DNA of 64,000 nucleotides from Nemertoderma westbladi (GCA_032718475.1 JAUCBJ010002727.1:32427-96426); one strand, 5' to 3'; counted from the stretch's first letter, positions 26,026-36,998 are shown. A program made the numbers and translations. Notes: generated by a model from the sequence alone, not told the origin.

Positions 26026-26466
26026 ATGACTGAGTTGATAGAAGATGATCTTGGCATCAGGGAGCGATATACTCTACCTTTACAAGCGTTTGTCGATAGC
26101 TTGATACGCGGAGACGCTGATCCAACTACTACGGAGGATGATGGTCGTTATATCGAACCGCCAATGTCGCAGGAGCAACTTACGCGTGAATTGGATTATA
26201 GAAGGTTCACCGCTCGCTATACGCATCGTAATGGTACGTATATGGACTTCTTAACTACTGGCCATCCTATCGATTTACACGATACAGACGATGTAGACAC
26301 CGAAAGGGAAATGGTTTTATTTAAATATCATACCCAGCGGAGTTGGAACGATAAACCGAGAGTGGAACACGAGAATTCTATTCGAAGTCGGCTCGAGGGA
26401 AAGAACATGGAAGAAGGCTTGAAAAGACAAATAGAGGAGAACCACTGGAGAAGAGACGTGGGTTAA
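26026..26466 (+). CDS. Accessory ORF2, N-terminal part (copy B), unknown function
   Basis: MTELIEDDLGIRERY... is homologous to C 49025-49390 and to the ATG at A 16. Similarity to C ends near 26398. Confidence 0.7.
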   Translation: MTELIEDDLGIRERYTLPLQAFVDSLIRGDADPTTTEDDGRYIEPPMSQEQLTRELDYRRFTARYTHRNGTYMDFLTTGHPIDLHDTDDVDTEREMVLFKYHTQRSWNDKPRVEHENSIRSRLEGKNMEEGLKRQIEENHWRRDVG

Positions 26467-27210
26467 TGTCCAGGGTCCATAATGTGAATAGTTTTCCCCG
26501 GGGCACGGGTGCTCGCGGGCGGTCTCCTTCGGGGGGCTGTAAATTTCTCTTCCTTCATCGTTTTCCTGCAATTATTGTGATCAGTGTCACAATTAAAAGG
26601 CAAGAACGAATGATGACGTGACGGAAAACTTGTCCATTGTGGTATCTTATGGATACTACCCTATATCTTCCCTCCTCTTTACTTCCCTTATCCCTCTATA
26701 CATCGCTATTGAAAATACAACATTATTCGTCCCACCTTCTCTTCCCAACGCGCTCGGAGCTTTGGGAAACGATCGACCAATCATTGCCGTATCGTAGTAT
26801 TGATTATACCACCTCTTAATAAACCTCCCATCCCTTACTGTTAATCTGGATGCTCATATTGGTGTCCGCACCTCCTATTCATGTCACACTCTGTTGATAT
26901 TTATGATATCAACTTCCACCCTCTCATTGTTGATTAGAAAATCAACCACCAATGATTTCCTTAAGTCCACTACCGTGATACAAGGACTGAAAGGACACGC
27001 GGATAGTTTGTGAACAACTGGTACCATTGTGTGTCATAAATCTGGTTGTTCACCTCCCTAATCACCAGGGATAAATTCATTTGGAGATAGTCTTCGAACG
27101 TTTGTATCCTCCTACTGAGATCGTATTTCTGAATATTTCAGAATGCGAAATAGTTTTTTCCTCTGCTCTACCATCGCTGTCGGAGAACATATTAGGCATA
27201 CAACGGGAAC

Positions 27211-28929
27211 ATGGAGAACATTCCATACCCTTTCGTTGATACTCAGCTGATTGCTCCTTGGGCAGAAGGCCGAGGTTTCTTCCGCACTATGTATGCCAAT
27301 ACACCCAGCGGCATTACTAAAGTACAACGAACCTCCATCGGACATCTTGCCTTTCAAGAATACGGATGGAATTTCAAGGTTGGAAATCCTATAAATTACC
27401 AACAAGTATATGGAGATCATTATTCTCGTTTATACTTTGATGGACCATTGACCGCGCCTGGCGCCGTGTATAGCTTTATGAGTGTTCCACTTCGTCCCTC
27501 CTTAGCTATATACACGATATTTGAAAACGCAGCACTTGCCGGTTGGCTAGCCGATGTGTGCAGTCGTACCATACGCGCCCATCCATTAATACTTGGAACC
27601 AAACTCGCCAAGTTAGATGAACACAATAAATTCATCCGCTTCGAATGTTTCAGACGCTTTCTGACTCCGTTCCGTAACGTTGATAGTCAGTTCAAGGACC
27701 GCGCTCTGACCAAACTCAGCCTAAGAGACTCAGCTGCGGAGAAGCTAAACAGCGCGGGATTTGCTCTCTTCCAGGACGTTTGTATACAGAACTTACATTC
27801 ATCTGTTATACAAAGACCCCGAATACCCACGGGTTATTCTGTCGTGGAGGTTCAGACAGTGGGTCCGCTTGCGGAGACAGCCGCACCTACCTCAGCTATG
27901 CAATTGGAAGACGAACCAATCTGCTTAGAGTCTGAAGCGACCCAGCCTACAGCGCCCCGGAGCAGCGATAACGACTACGTCTTAGAGTGGTATCAAGGTC
28001 CACAATGTCTCACTGCATACGATTATCGACACGCTAACTATGTTTCTCGAAAACGTTGTCGATTATGCACATCGAGAGACCATTTCACCCCCATGGACTC
28101 AGACGTACCCTGCTCCTATTTCCACGAACAACCGATGATGGAGATATATTGTGCGTATTGCAGACTTAATAACTCTCATATTTTTGCAGTCTGCCCCCAA
28201 TTTATGACTCAATGCCACCACTGTCAACTTAAAGGACATGCCAGTTATAATTGCCCCTTTAATCGCGATTTAGAGAGCGTAGATGAGATGATTACCCTAC
28301 GCTACATCCGAGCTTGGGAAGCGAACGCGGATTTACATTGTGAGTCCCGCCATCGCTACTACCCTGGACGCTCTTACGAGGGAGTTTACGCGTTCCATCC
28401 TTATTTATTCGCGTCTGTGGAACAAAAAACACGCACACCGAGTTACGAACTAATGAAGCGTGTTGGTGAGTGTATTTCCACCAAATTTGTTCGAAAATAC
28501 CTTAGGAACGTCAATCCTAACGATATTACTTCATACCATTTGATCAATTACATCCGTCAAGACCCTGAGTATGGCGATTTATTTATCAACTCGCACCCTG
28601 AGTTACAGGAAGTATCTCGACGGCCCTACGAATATCGAGCCCGAGAACGCGAGCTGGAAAGAACCATTAAACCAAGGAAGTTTCTCACCACTCACGGTCC
28701 GCCTACCGCCATTGTCCAGACGACCCATCAGGGACCCGTAGGAGCTGCTGTCCTAAGACGCGCCCTAAAGGCCGTTAGACCTCGCTCCACTGAAGTTGAT
28801 ATCGATCAACCCAGTACCTCAACCGGCGGATACACCGATCGTAATCCTAAACCTTCTGGTGCGGTTGTGTTGCGCCCTTCACCCAGGAGTTACAGCCCTC
28901 CTAGTAAAGTGGCTCGAAAAACTGCGTAA
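27211..28929 (+). CDS. Accessory ORF2, C-terminal part (copy B): 572-aa protein with three CCHC-like zinc knuckles
   Basis: Long open frame containing CRLCTSRDH-x9-C, CAYCRLNNSHIFAVC and CHHCQLKGHASYNC. The C-terminus (PRSYSPPSKVARKTA) is shared with the end of the decayed ORF in C. Confidence 0.8.
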   Translation: MENIPYPFVDTQLIAPWAEGRGFFRTMYANTPSGITKVQRTSIGHLAFQEYGWNFKVGNPINYQQVYGDHYSRLYFDGPLTAPGAVYSFMSVPLRPSLAIYTIFENAALAGWLADVCSRTIRAHPLILGTKLAKLDEHNKFIRFECFRRFLTPFRNVDSQFKDRALTKLSLRDSAAEKLNSAGFALFQDVCIQNLHSSVIQRPRIPTGYSVVEVQTVGPLAETAAPTSAMQLEDEPICLESEATQPTAPRSSDNDYVLEWYQGPQCLTAYDYRHANYVSRKRCRLCTSRDHFTPMDSDVPCSYFHEQPMMEIYCAYCRLNNSHIFAVCPQFMTQCHHCQLKGHASYNCPFNRDLESVDEMITLRYIRAWEANADLHCESRHRYYPGRSYEGVYAFHPYLFASVEQKTRTPSYELMKRVGECISTKFVRKYLRNVNPNDITSYHLINYIRQDPEYGDLFINSHPELQEVSRRPYEYRARERELERTIKPRKFLTTHGPPTAIVQTTHQGPVGAAVLRRALKAVRPRSTEVDIDQPSTSTGGYTDRNPKPSGAVVLRPSPRSYSPPSKVARKTA

Positions 28930-29032
28930 ACGCCGTCCTCGTAAGAAAGACTAACTGTTTAGAGTATCTTTATATTTTAGAAACTGTGATTTGTTATATT
29001 TTATAGACTTAAATCCCATTTTCTGGGAGCGG

Positions 29033-29866
29033 TGTAAAGGCTTTTGCGTAATTAGCCGGTTATTTTCCCCGTAAAGTACTCTGTAGTTGGTTTAACCGGC
29101 ATAAAAGGCCGTGTCCTTACTGTATTGTTGTTTTAGAGGACATAAAAGCCATTTCTTCTGTATGTGTACTTTAGCGGACATGATTAGCAATTCTATGACG
29201 CAATAAGCCGGATCCTCTTGAAACAGTGTAGATACCATGACGACGGCTAACAGCTGATATTGCCACGTAGAACATCCCTTTGTTCTTTGTTCTCTCTTTG
29301 TCCGGTCGACCAATCAGAGCGTTTTTTTGTCTCTGTGTTGGAGATGGTATATAGAAACTAGGGAAGTGAGTCAGTATTGCGACTTACATTAAGTGGTTTG
29401 AAGTGAATCTAATGCTATTTTATAGGCCCTACACGTATTGTCTGTTGTTCTCCTTATATGTGACTAAAATTAGTGAAGGTCGGCAGATTAGTGTGCAGTA
29501 TTGTGCAGTATTGTGTATGATTGTGATTGATAACGAAGCATCTCCTAAAGAATGCGCCATATACGTGAATCTATAGCCATCCCGTTGCGTCTGGTTTAAG
29601 TCATAACTCTGTTTATATATTTAGAGCGCCACGTCCTAAAGGAACTGTTAATATTTCCCGAAAGTGAATAATATTGTCAGAGATTATATATCAAGATCAG
29701 TCGAATAATACAGTAGGTCTATCCCGCAATACGATTAGGCTTCCGAATCCAGTCTCCCGGGTATATCCAGCGGGTGAATGATCGCGCATAGACTGGTTTC
29801 GGCTAATGTAGTGTATCAAATATTTGTCGTAGGCTAAAGACTATCTATTATCTAGAAGACATCCTA
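29033..29866 (+). repeat. 3' LTR of copy B
   Basis: Direct repeat of 13088-13921. Confidence 0.95.
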
Positions 29867-30170
29867 AATTTAATTAAACAAATTGATTGTTTTGGGAGAA
29901 TAAGCATTTTTTTTTTGGGGGGGGGGGGCGGAATATTTATTTAATTTGGGGAAAGATGTACCTATTTGGGGGGAATAAGTATTTATTTTCGGGGGTTAAG
30001 TATTTATTTTTGGGGATTGCGTATAAATTTTGGGGGGTTATGTATCTATTTTCGGTGATTATGTATTTGTTTTTGGAAAATTTGTATTTATTTTGGGAAA
30101 ATTTGTATTTGTTTTGGGGGTTTTGTCATTTATTTTGGTGTGAAAAATGGGTTTGGGGGAGCATTTAGTT

Positions 30171-30290
30171 ATTTTGGTGTTCAATATTTGTTTTTGGTGT
30201 TCAATATTTGTTTTTGGTGTTCAATATTTGTTTTTGGTGTTCAATATTTGTTTTTGGTGTTCAATATTTGTTTTTGGTGTTCAATAATTT
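30171..30290. repeat. 20-bp tandem repeat (~6 copies) within a low-complexity T/G-rich tract
   Basis: (GTTTTTGGTGTTCAATATTT)n. Confidence 0.9.
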
Positions 30291-30422
30291 ATTGTTTTTG
30301 GCGTTGAAAAAATTATTTTTGTTGTTTGAATAATTTGATATTTTTTAGTGTGACTTTTTAATTGGTAGCCATTCTTCAATAGCTTACACATCTAACGATT
30401 TATTTAAGTAAAACAACACTTG

Positions 30423-30488
30423 AGCGGTACTGCTAATCCTACTCCCTTGTAAGGGAGTAGGGTAGGGAGTGGGATTAGCAGTACCGCT
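30423..30488. other. 66-bp near-perfect inverted repeat (25-bp arms)
   Basis: AGCGGTACTGCTAATCCTACTCCCT ... AGGGAGTGGGATTAGCAGTACCGCT, with one T-G pair. Confidence 0.85.
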
Positions 30489-30762
30489 ACTTTACAAAAA
30501 AGTAGCCGTGCCGTACCACAACGCAACTACACCCCTCTTGAGCCTGTTATTATTTAGTCAATGTGTTTGCCATTAAACAATAAACTAACAACCTTCTCAC
30601 CTCCCATGTACTTCTACCAACCATCTGAATAATGATTGTTACCACGTGTTTTACGATGTTACTGTTCTCATAATTTTTGTTGTAGAATAATATCTGAATA
30701 TTACCGTACTATATAAAATAGAAACAACATCATTCATTATAATAAATACAGAAGTAGGCCTA

Positions 30763-31605
30763 ATGTCAGTCCACACGGTCGCGTGCAATATTTTCCGATA
30801 TTCGCGTCGTAGTTACGTCACTTCCGCGAACCACCCCCGGAAACTGTTCATCCGTTACGGGTTGCCAAGGACTGCGACATTGCAGGGGCTCATTTCCAAA
30901 ATGGCGGAGGACAGCCTGCTGGCGCTCGCAGACACTAAACAAGCCGAATTGATGAAGGAACTTTGTATTCTAGTCGACGAAAACGATTCGGTCCTCGGGA
31001 AAACGACGAAACGGAACTGTCACTTAGCGGAAAACATTAGCAAAGGCATGTTGCACAGGGCGTTTAGTGTCTTCTTATTTAACAACGAAGGCCAATTATT
31101 GCTGCAGCAACGGTCTGCTAATAAGATAACATTCCCGTTGTACTGGACTAACACCTGCTGCAGTCATCCTCGGTACAGTGCCGATGAAACGGACCACAAC
31201 GGGTCCAGTAAAGGCGTCGTGTTGGCGGCACAACGACGCCTTTACGAGGAGTTGGGAGTCCATCCGTACTTGTTGCTCCCGGATCAGTTCACTCTCCTCC
31301 GTAGGATCCACTACCGGGCGATCTGCGACGACCCCCGGTGGGGCGAGCACGAGATCGATTACGTATTATTCACGGACGCGCCCGAAGTTACGCCTCCAGT
31401 GGTGGAAGCCGATCCCAATGAGGTCGAGGACTGGAGGTTCTTTACTCAGGATGAGTTGAAGGAATTTATGAGTTCCGGAGAAAAGTTCACCCCGTGGTTT
31501 AAACTTATCGCGAATAATTTTCTGCATAAATGGTGGGATGCAATGCTTGTAGGTAAACTTCATGAACACGTTTCTAGTGAAATTTACAGAGACATTAATA
31601 AATAA
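30763..31605 (+). CDS. IDI1: Isopentenyl-diphosphate delta-isomerase type 1 (eukaryotic type), intronless; alternative start at 30901
   Basis: CILVDEND, CH, LHRAFSVFLFN, LLLQQRS.NKITFP, catalytic TNTCCSHP and WGEHEIDY, NEV, FTPWF. Confidence 0.96.
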   Translation: MSVHTVACNIFRYSRRSYVTSANHPRKLFIRYGLPRTATLQGLISKMAEDSLLALADTKQAELMKELCILVDENDSVLGKTTKRNCHLAENISKGMLHRAFSVFLFNNEGQLLLQQRSANKITFPLYWTNTCCSHPRYSADETDHNGSSKGVVLAAQRRLYEELGVHPYLLLPDQFTLLRRIHYRAICDDPRWGEHEIDYVLFTDAPEVTPPVVEADPNEVEDWRFFTQDELKEFMSSGEKFTPWFKLIANNFLHKWWDAMLVGKLHEHVSSEIYRDINK

Positions 31606-32620
31606 TATTAATGAAATGTCTTAATATAATAGGAAACTCAATTGATATTAAGGTTCCATACAAATTGTATTTGCCTTAACAGTTCCTTAAAACATGGACG
31701 AGACAATATATCTGTCATTATTTGTTTTGGACTTTTGTGGTCAGACGCCTTTTGTATCCGGACTTCATTATGGTTGAATATTGTTTATTGCCTTTTATTT
31801 TCACCCCTTGGTGTTGGCCAACTGTAAAACAAGTGCAACTTGTCATATAGAATTGAGTATTATATAATCTGTAGTTATTATTACTTTATTGTATTTATCA
31901 GCAATACATAACGTATTCTAATCCACGATCTTCATCACCAAAATCTCATCGCGGCGAATTGATATTCGGAACCAGATCCGGACCGGATCCGGATTCGGAA
32001 CCAATGTTAAAATATAAATTAAGGGAAAGGAGCAGGTTACAGGGGCGCGTTATTCTAACCAAAACAATAAAATATAGTTAATAGAGCAGATACCCCGTTA
32101 CTCGATGCCGAGCGTTACTTATTAAGAATAACGTATTGCGCTAGTGTTTCCTTTTCTCTTGTTTAGTTAGGCCTACTAACTTTATTTATTATACAATAAT
32201 ATTAATATTCGATCAGCAGTGTAATTAATTCCATTTTGCCTATTTATGTTACGTTTAAAATAAATAGTACCATAATTTGTTGTCATAAATATATTTATGT
32301 TTGTTGAGATTCTGCAATTATTCCTATAAGCCATCGATTGATATCCTAAGCTTATAGGCTTGTGGATCAACCCCGGTTGGGCCCAATGGCACTTATTGGA
32401 CTTGGTTTATTTGTAGGGTCACATTATACACATACACACACACACACACACACATACAGCCTTCGTGTATTCAGTTTTATACTCGTTGGTATTTTAAAAA
32501 TTCTCTGACAGAATTGTTGAATTTCGCCCAAACAGAAAATTCAGATTACTGTTAACTTCATTTTTTTTTATTATTTATAATTTCTTGAGTTATAATATTT
32601 TTATTCATTGACATAACAAA

Positions 32621-33085
32621 TCATTTTCCAAATTTTCCAACATCTCTCACATTTCTCTCCCATTTTTCTTTGTAATTGTTCAGCGCATCCAGCCACTCCA
32701 TCTGTGTGCTCTGACTTTCGAACCAGATGCAGCGGTTTTTCGGAAACCCACCACAAAGCGGTGGCCGAGTTTTAGTATATGGTACCGGTACTTGTAACCA
32801 TATTATCTCAAGCATGGTTTTTTTCGTGATTTTTATCCCGTGACGATCTCTTGAACTACTATCCGCAACCGATTCAAAGGAATATTGTGTTAGGTTGAAG
32901 ACTTTTTGCACCTTTCTGATATATTGATTATATGTGGTAAAGGGCTTATATTTTCGTTGATTTTTGAGGTACCGCAACCGCAGCAATATCAGCTCTGGGT
33001 CTTCATAAAGATTCAATTGCCCCCAAAATGATTTCGAATTGTCTCCATTGCTATGTTCGTATATCACTCCTTCTTTTTCAAACTC
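32621..33085 (-). CDS. Inferred last exon of a tandem PH-like-domain host gene
   Basis: Acceptor TTTTATGATTGTAG|GAG at 33086/33085, phase 0. EFEKEGVIY..FW..LRYLK..HGIKI..WFESQSTQMEWLDAL resembles a PH domain with its C-terminal helix Trp. Confidence 0.65.
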   Translation of the reverse strand, partial: EFEKEGVIYEHSNGDNSKSFWGQLNLYEDPELILLRLRYLKNQRKYKPFTTYNQYIRKVQKVFNLTQYSFESVADSSSRDRHGIKITKKTMLEIIWLQVPVPYTKTRPPLCGGFPKNRCIWFESQSTQMEWLDALNNYKEKWERNVRDVGKFGK

Positions 33086-33158
33086 CTACAATCATAAAAT
33101 TGAATTAATAATCTACAGTCTAAGAATACTACAAAATACTACAAAATTGGCGTACTCA

Positions 33159-35717
33159 CAGTGGCGTGGTGGGACCCAGTAAGGGGCCCAGGAAATCCCA
33201 AAATAAGGGCCCATACATAAATGCTAGATCACCTCGAATTTTGACCACCCCCCCCCCCCCCCCCCCCCCCCCTTCACAGCCTCATGCACAAAATATTTTC
33301 TAGAAAAAGGCTTTTATAAAGTTTTAAAGAAACATATATAATGGCACAATTAATCATAATAATACTGTATAAGTAGTGATAGGGCAGTACACAATATATT
33401 TATTTAAACTTTTGACTTTTTACTGCGAAGTTTCGATTTAGTTCTATTTATAGTTGTTGCAAAGGCTTCAAAATGTAGAGCTTCCTTCGTAAAGTTTTTC
33501 AATTATAACAGATGGTTCAAATTCCTTGGTACAACACCTGTTTAAATTCATCAGGAGAAATGCCTCCAAATGTTAGTGAGATTGCATGAAACTTGAAATA
33601 GAGGTAGAATCACGCAACTCCTGGGTGGGTCGTGGGTGAGTCAGACTTTCAACGATTAGAGTACAAACGTTTAAAAAAAGGTCGATATTGCACCAGTTAC
33701 ACCATACACCGCAGTTATTCTTCAACCTTATCTGCTTATAATAGTAACAGTCGTTGTCTCCTCTAAATCCCGTAATAATTAAGGTAATCGCAACATGAAA
33801 CGGTGAAACGTGTTATAAGTCCTCGGCTTCGCCTCGGACATTATAACAGTCTTTGGACGAAATAATAGTTAGTCGTACAAAATATCCGTACAAAATAACG
33901 AATAACAGTTCAATAAAGATAGTTGTAAAGGGAAAAAATTTACTTTTGAACCCAGAAAACGTTTATAGGCAATAAAATAAAAATTAACCAAAAGGTAATA
34001 CAACATTGTTGCGCGGGTGTTGCCTGCATGTATTTTACACGTTTTTGTGTGGTATTGTCAAATAATTTACAATAGTTTTTGAGTTATTCAAAAAAATCAA
34101 GTCTCCCCTAAAGTCAAGTCTCCCTTACTCTCCCTAGTGAAGGAAAGCTGGAGAAAGGGATTCCAAATATGTAGAATTTCGTTGAAAAATGGCCGACATA
34201 TTCAATAATTAGGGCGTTCAATAATGTTGCATATAGTGTTGAACCTCTACATTCTTAAAGTGAATTAAGCCATGGGACTGGGAGGCACAATAAAACACGA
34301 TAAAGTGAATAAATAATAAATTAAATTAAAAGCAACGTCACTTAGATATACTGAAGTAGAGTTGATGAATCCGGTGGAGATTCTATTTAATAAATAAACC
34401 ATATTCTGGAACATTTTGTTAATGTATGAATAGCTACATAATAGTATGATTAAAGAGTTATTGCATAGTTGCCCATCTACGTATTGATAAACAAAATGTT
34501 CCAGAATATGGTGTATTTATTAAATATAATAAAATAATCTCACAGAGGTGCAAAACTATGTAACATTTGAACGATCACATCTCGGCTATTGTTCAACGAA
34601 ATTCAGATTGTGTTACATATTTGGAATCCTTGCATGTCCAGCTTTCCATCCGTACAATCATATCTCAATAACGTTAAATAAAAACTTCGGTATAACTGGT
34701 GCAATAACGACCGAGGCACCTTTCTTAAACGCCTTTAACTAAAAAATGAGAACAAAAATAACAATTCTTACTCACCCACCCAACCCACGAGGGTCAAATT
34801 TCATTCAAACCCATTCAGATTTATATAAAAACTATTTTTTTTGGGGGGGGGGGGGGGGGTGTAGCTAAATAACGACACTATATTCCAGGAAATGGTGTAC
34901 TCCATTCAGTTGCTTCAGTTTGTACTGTAATCAGGTAGGTGTATAACAATGAGTGTAATATGAAGACTGACAGGACATTGGGAATTAACAGTTATTACAT
35001 ACTATCCAATGACTTCTAGACTAACTGACCAATCAGACAACATGTTGACCAGCGTTCTCAGATAAGATTACATCATTTTTAATACATTAGAGTACCTACC
35101 TACCTACCTCTATTTCATGGGAGATGACTGGTATATTGAACTCTGGTGGATGGTCAGCTCAGGTGAAACGAATGCATTCCCAACTATATAGTTATGTACA
35201 TACACAGCACACAGCATTAGAAGGGAAGAGTAACAACTCAATATTTACAGACAGACTACTGGTAAAGAAAGGCTGGCCATTATTGGGTAATGAATGAGGC
35301 AGGGCATAGAACAGGTGTAGTTGGAGTATGTCTCCATCGTGAATTCCATCTGGTCTGGCGGGCTGGCACTAAATGTAACTTCAACACAGTTTGCCTTGCT
35401 TGACGCCTGGGAGAATTTTTCAATATAGAATAATACTGGTATGAGCTCTTATCAACGTTTACTACCCCCCCCCCCCCCCCCCCATCATCCTCTCTAACCC
35501 TCTTAGATTAGTGCTGTGCTTGGTAACTGCGACATGGGGCCTTTATAACTATTGTTTTGGTTTCGTTGCTTATATTTTATTGGAAAAATGTAATACCTAC
35601 TACTATATTTTTTTATAACATCAATATAATTTTCTACCACTGGGGGGCCCGAGGGGCCCAGATCGTCAAGGGGGCCCGGGAATTTTCCCGAATAGATGTA
35701 TGGCCACCACGCCACTG
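33159..35717. mobile_element. Non-autonomous hAT-type DNA transposon containing nested fragments
   Basis: TIRs CAGTGGCGTGGTGG / CCACCACGCCACTG; perfect 8-bp TSD CGTACTCA at 33151-33158 and 35718-35725; subterminal GGGCCC motifs. Confidence 0.92.
34384..34526. mobile_element. MITE-like fold-back nested in the hAT element
   Basis: ~36-bp inverted arms ATTTAATAAATAAACCATATTCTGGAACATTTTGTT / AACAAAATGTTCCAGAATATGGTGTATTTATTAAAT. Confidence 0.7.
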
Positions 35718-35827
35718 CGTACTCATTTTAAAATGAGAATACAATGCAATTGAATTAGTTACACATATAAAAATAAGAGTACATAATTATTTAAAAAAAA
35801 ATATGAGTAAATAATAAAATGGGGTTT

Positions 35828-36998
35828 TGTAAAAGCTTTTGCGGAATTAGCCGGTTATTTTCCCCGTAAAGTACTCTGTAGTTGGTTTAACAGGCATAAA
35901 AAGCCGTATCCTTACTGTACTGGTGTATTAGGGGACATAAAAAGCCATTTCTTCTGTATGTGTACTTTAGCGGACATAATTAGCAATTCTATGACGCAAT
36001 ACGCTAGACCCTCTTGAAACAGTGTAGTTACTATGACGACAGCTAACAGCTGAGCTGTACATGTGTAGCTTTTCCTTGTTCTCTGGTGTTTCTTTGTTCG
36101 GTCAACCAATCAGAGCGATTCTCATGCTTTTTGTACAGAAACCTCCGGGAAATCCCGCAATGCATTATGGGTCAATGTTTACATTTTGTCCTGAGCCTAG
36201 AAGACCGGCTTCGGAATCTCTGTGTTTTTCAGTCTTTAGCCCAACATTAGTAGGCTTAATTATAGAACGTATATCTGTTATCAAACCAAACTTAACAAAC
36301 CATATCAAACTAATCTCATCTCACAACTCACTCACCTAATCATATTGTCAACTACAAACACCGCATTTTTACTGCTATTTACTGTCGGTTATTCATTATA
36401 TCTGTTGATGGAATATTATTATATTGGAGAATATCAATCAATAATCAGACAGCCCAATCTTCTTGATATACTGAAGGTTAGAGAGACCGGTTACATATAA
36501 CGATTGCGACTTACATTAAAGTGGTTTTGAAGTGAATCTAATGCTATTTCATAGGCCCTACATGTATTGGTTGTTGTTCTCTTTATATGTGGCTAAAATT
36601 AGTGAAGGTCGGCAGATCGGTGTGCAGCATTGTGCAGTATTGTGTATGATTGTGACTGATAACAAAGCATCTCCTAAAGAATGCGCCATATACGTGTATC
36701 TATAGCCATCCCGTTGTGTCTAGTTTAAGTCATAACTCTGTTTACATATTTAGAGCGCCACGTCCTAAAGGAACTGTTAATATTTCCCGAAAGTGAATAA
36801 TATTTGTCAGAGATTATATATATTACGATCAGTCGAATAATACAGTAGGCCTACACCGCAATAAGATTAAGCTTCCGAATCCAGTCTCCCGGGTATATCC
36901 AACGGGTGAATGGACGCGCATAGACTGGCTTCGGCTAATGTAGTGTATCAAATACTCGTCATAGGCTAAAGTCGATTTATTATCTAGAAGACATCCCA
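35828..36998 (+). repeat. 5' LTR of copy C (1171 bp)
   Basis: TGTAAAAG...GACATCCCA; differs from the 3' LTR by a 10-bp indel and a handful of substitutions. Confidence 0.95.

Larger units (their letters stand above)
13088..29866 (+). mobile_element. BEL/Pao LTR retrotransposon copy B, 16.8 kb, with an extra 3' ORF
   Basis: Two 834-bp LTRs; domain order Gag-PR-RT-RNaseH-IN; BEL-type triple zinc knuckle; purine tract GGGAGCGG immediately before the 3' LTR. Confidence 0.96.

Noticed and set aside
26470-27200. Degenerate coding sequence on either strand inside B
   Set aside because: The frames translated by hand show roughly random stop density and no recognisable motif.
27211-28929. ORF2 as an envelope glycoprotein
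   Set aside because: No signal peptide or transmembrane segment; the cysteines are arranged as CCHC knuckles.
29887-30168. 93-aa hydrophobic ORF
   Set aside because: Low-complexity T/G-rich degenerate repeat with a TTG start.
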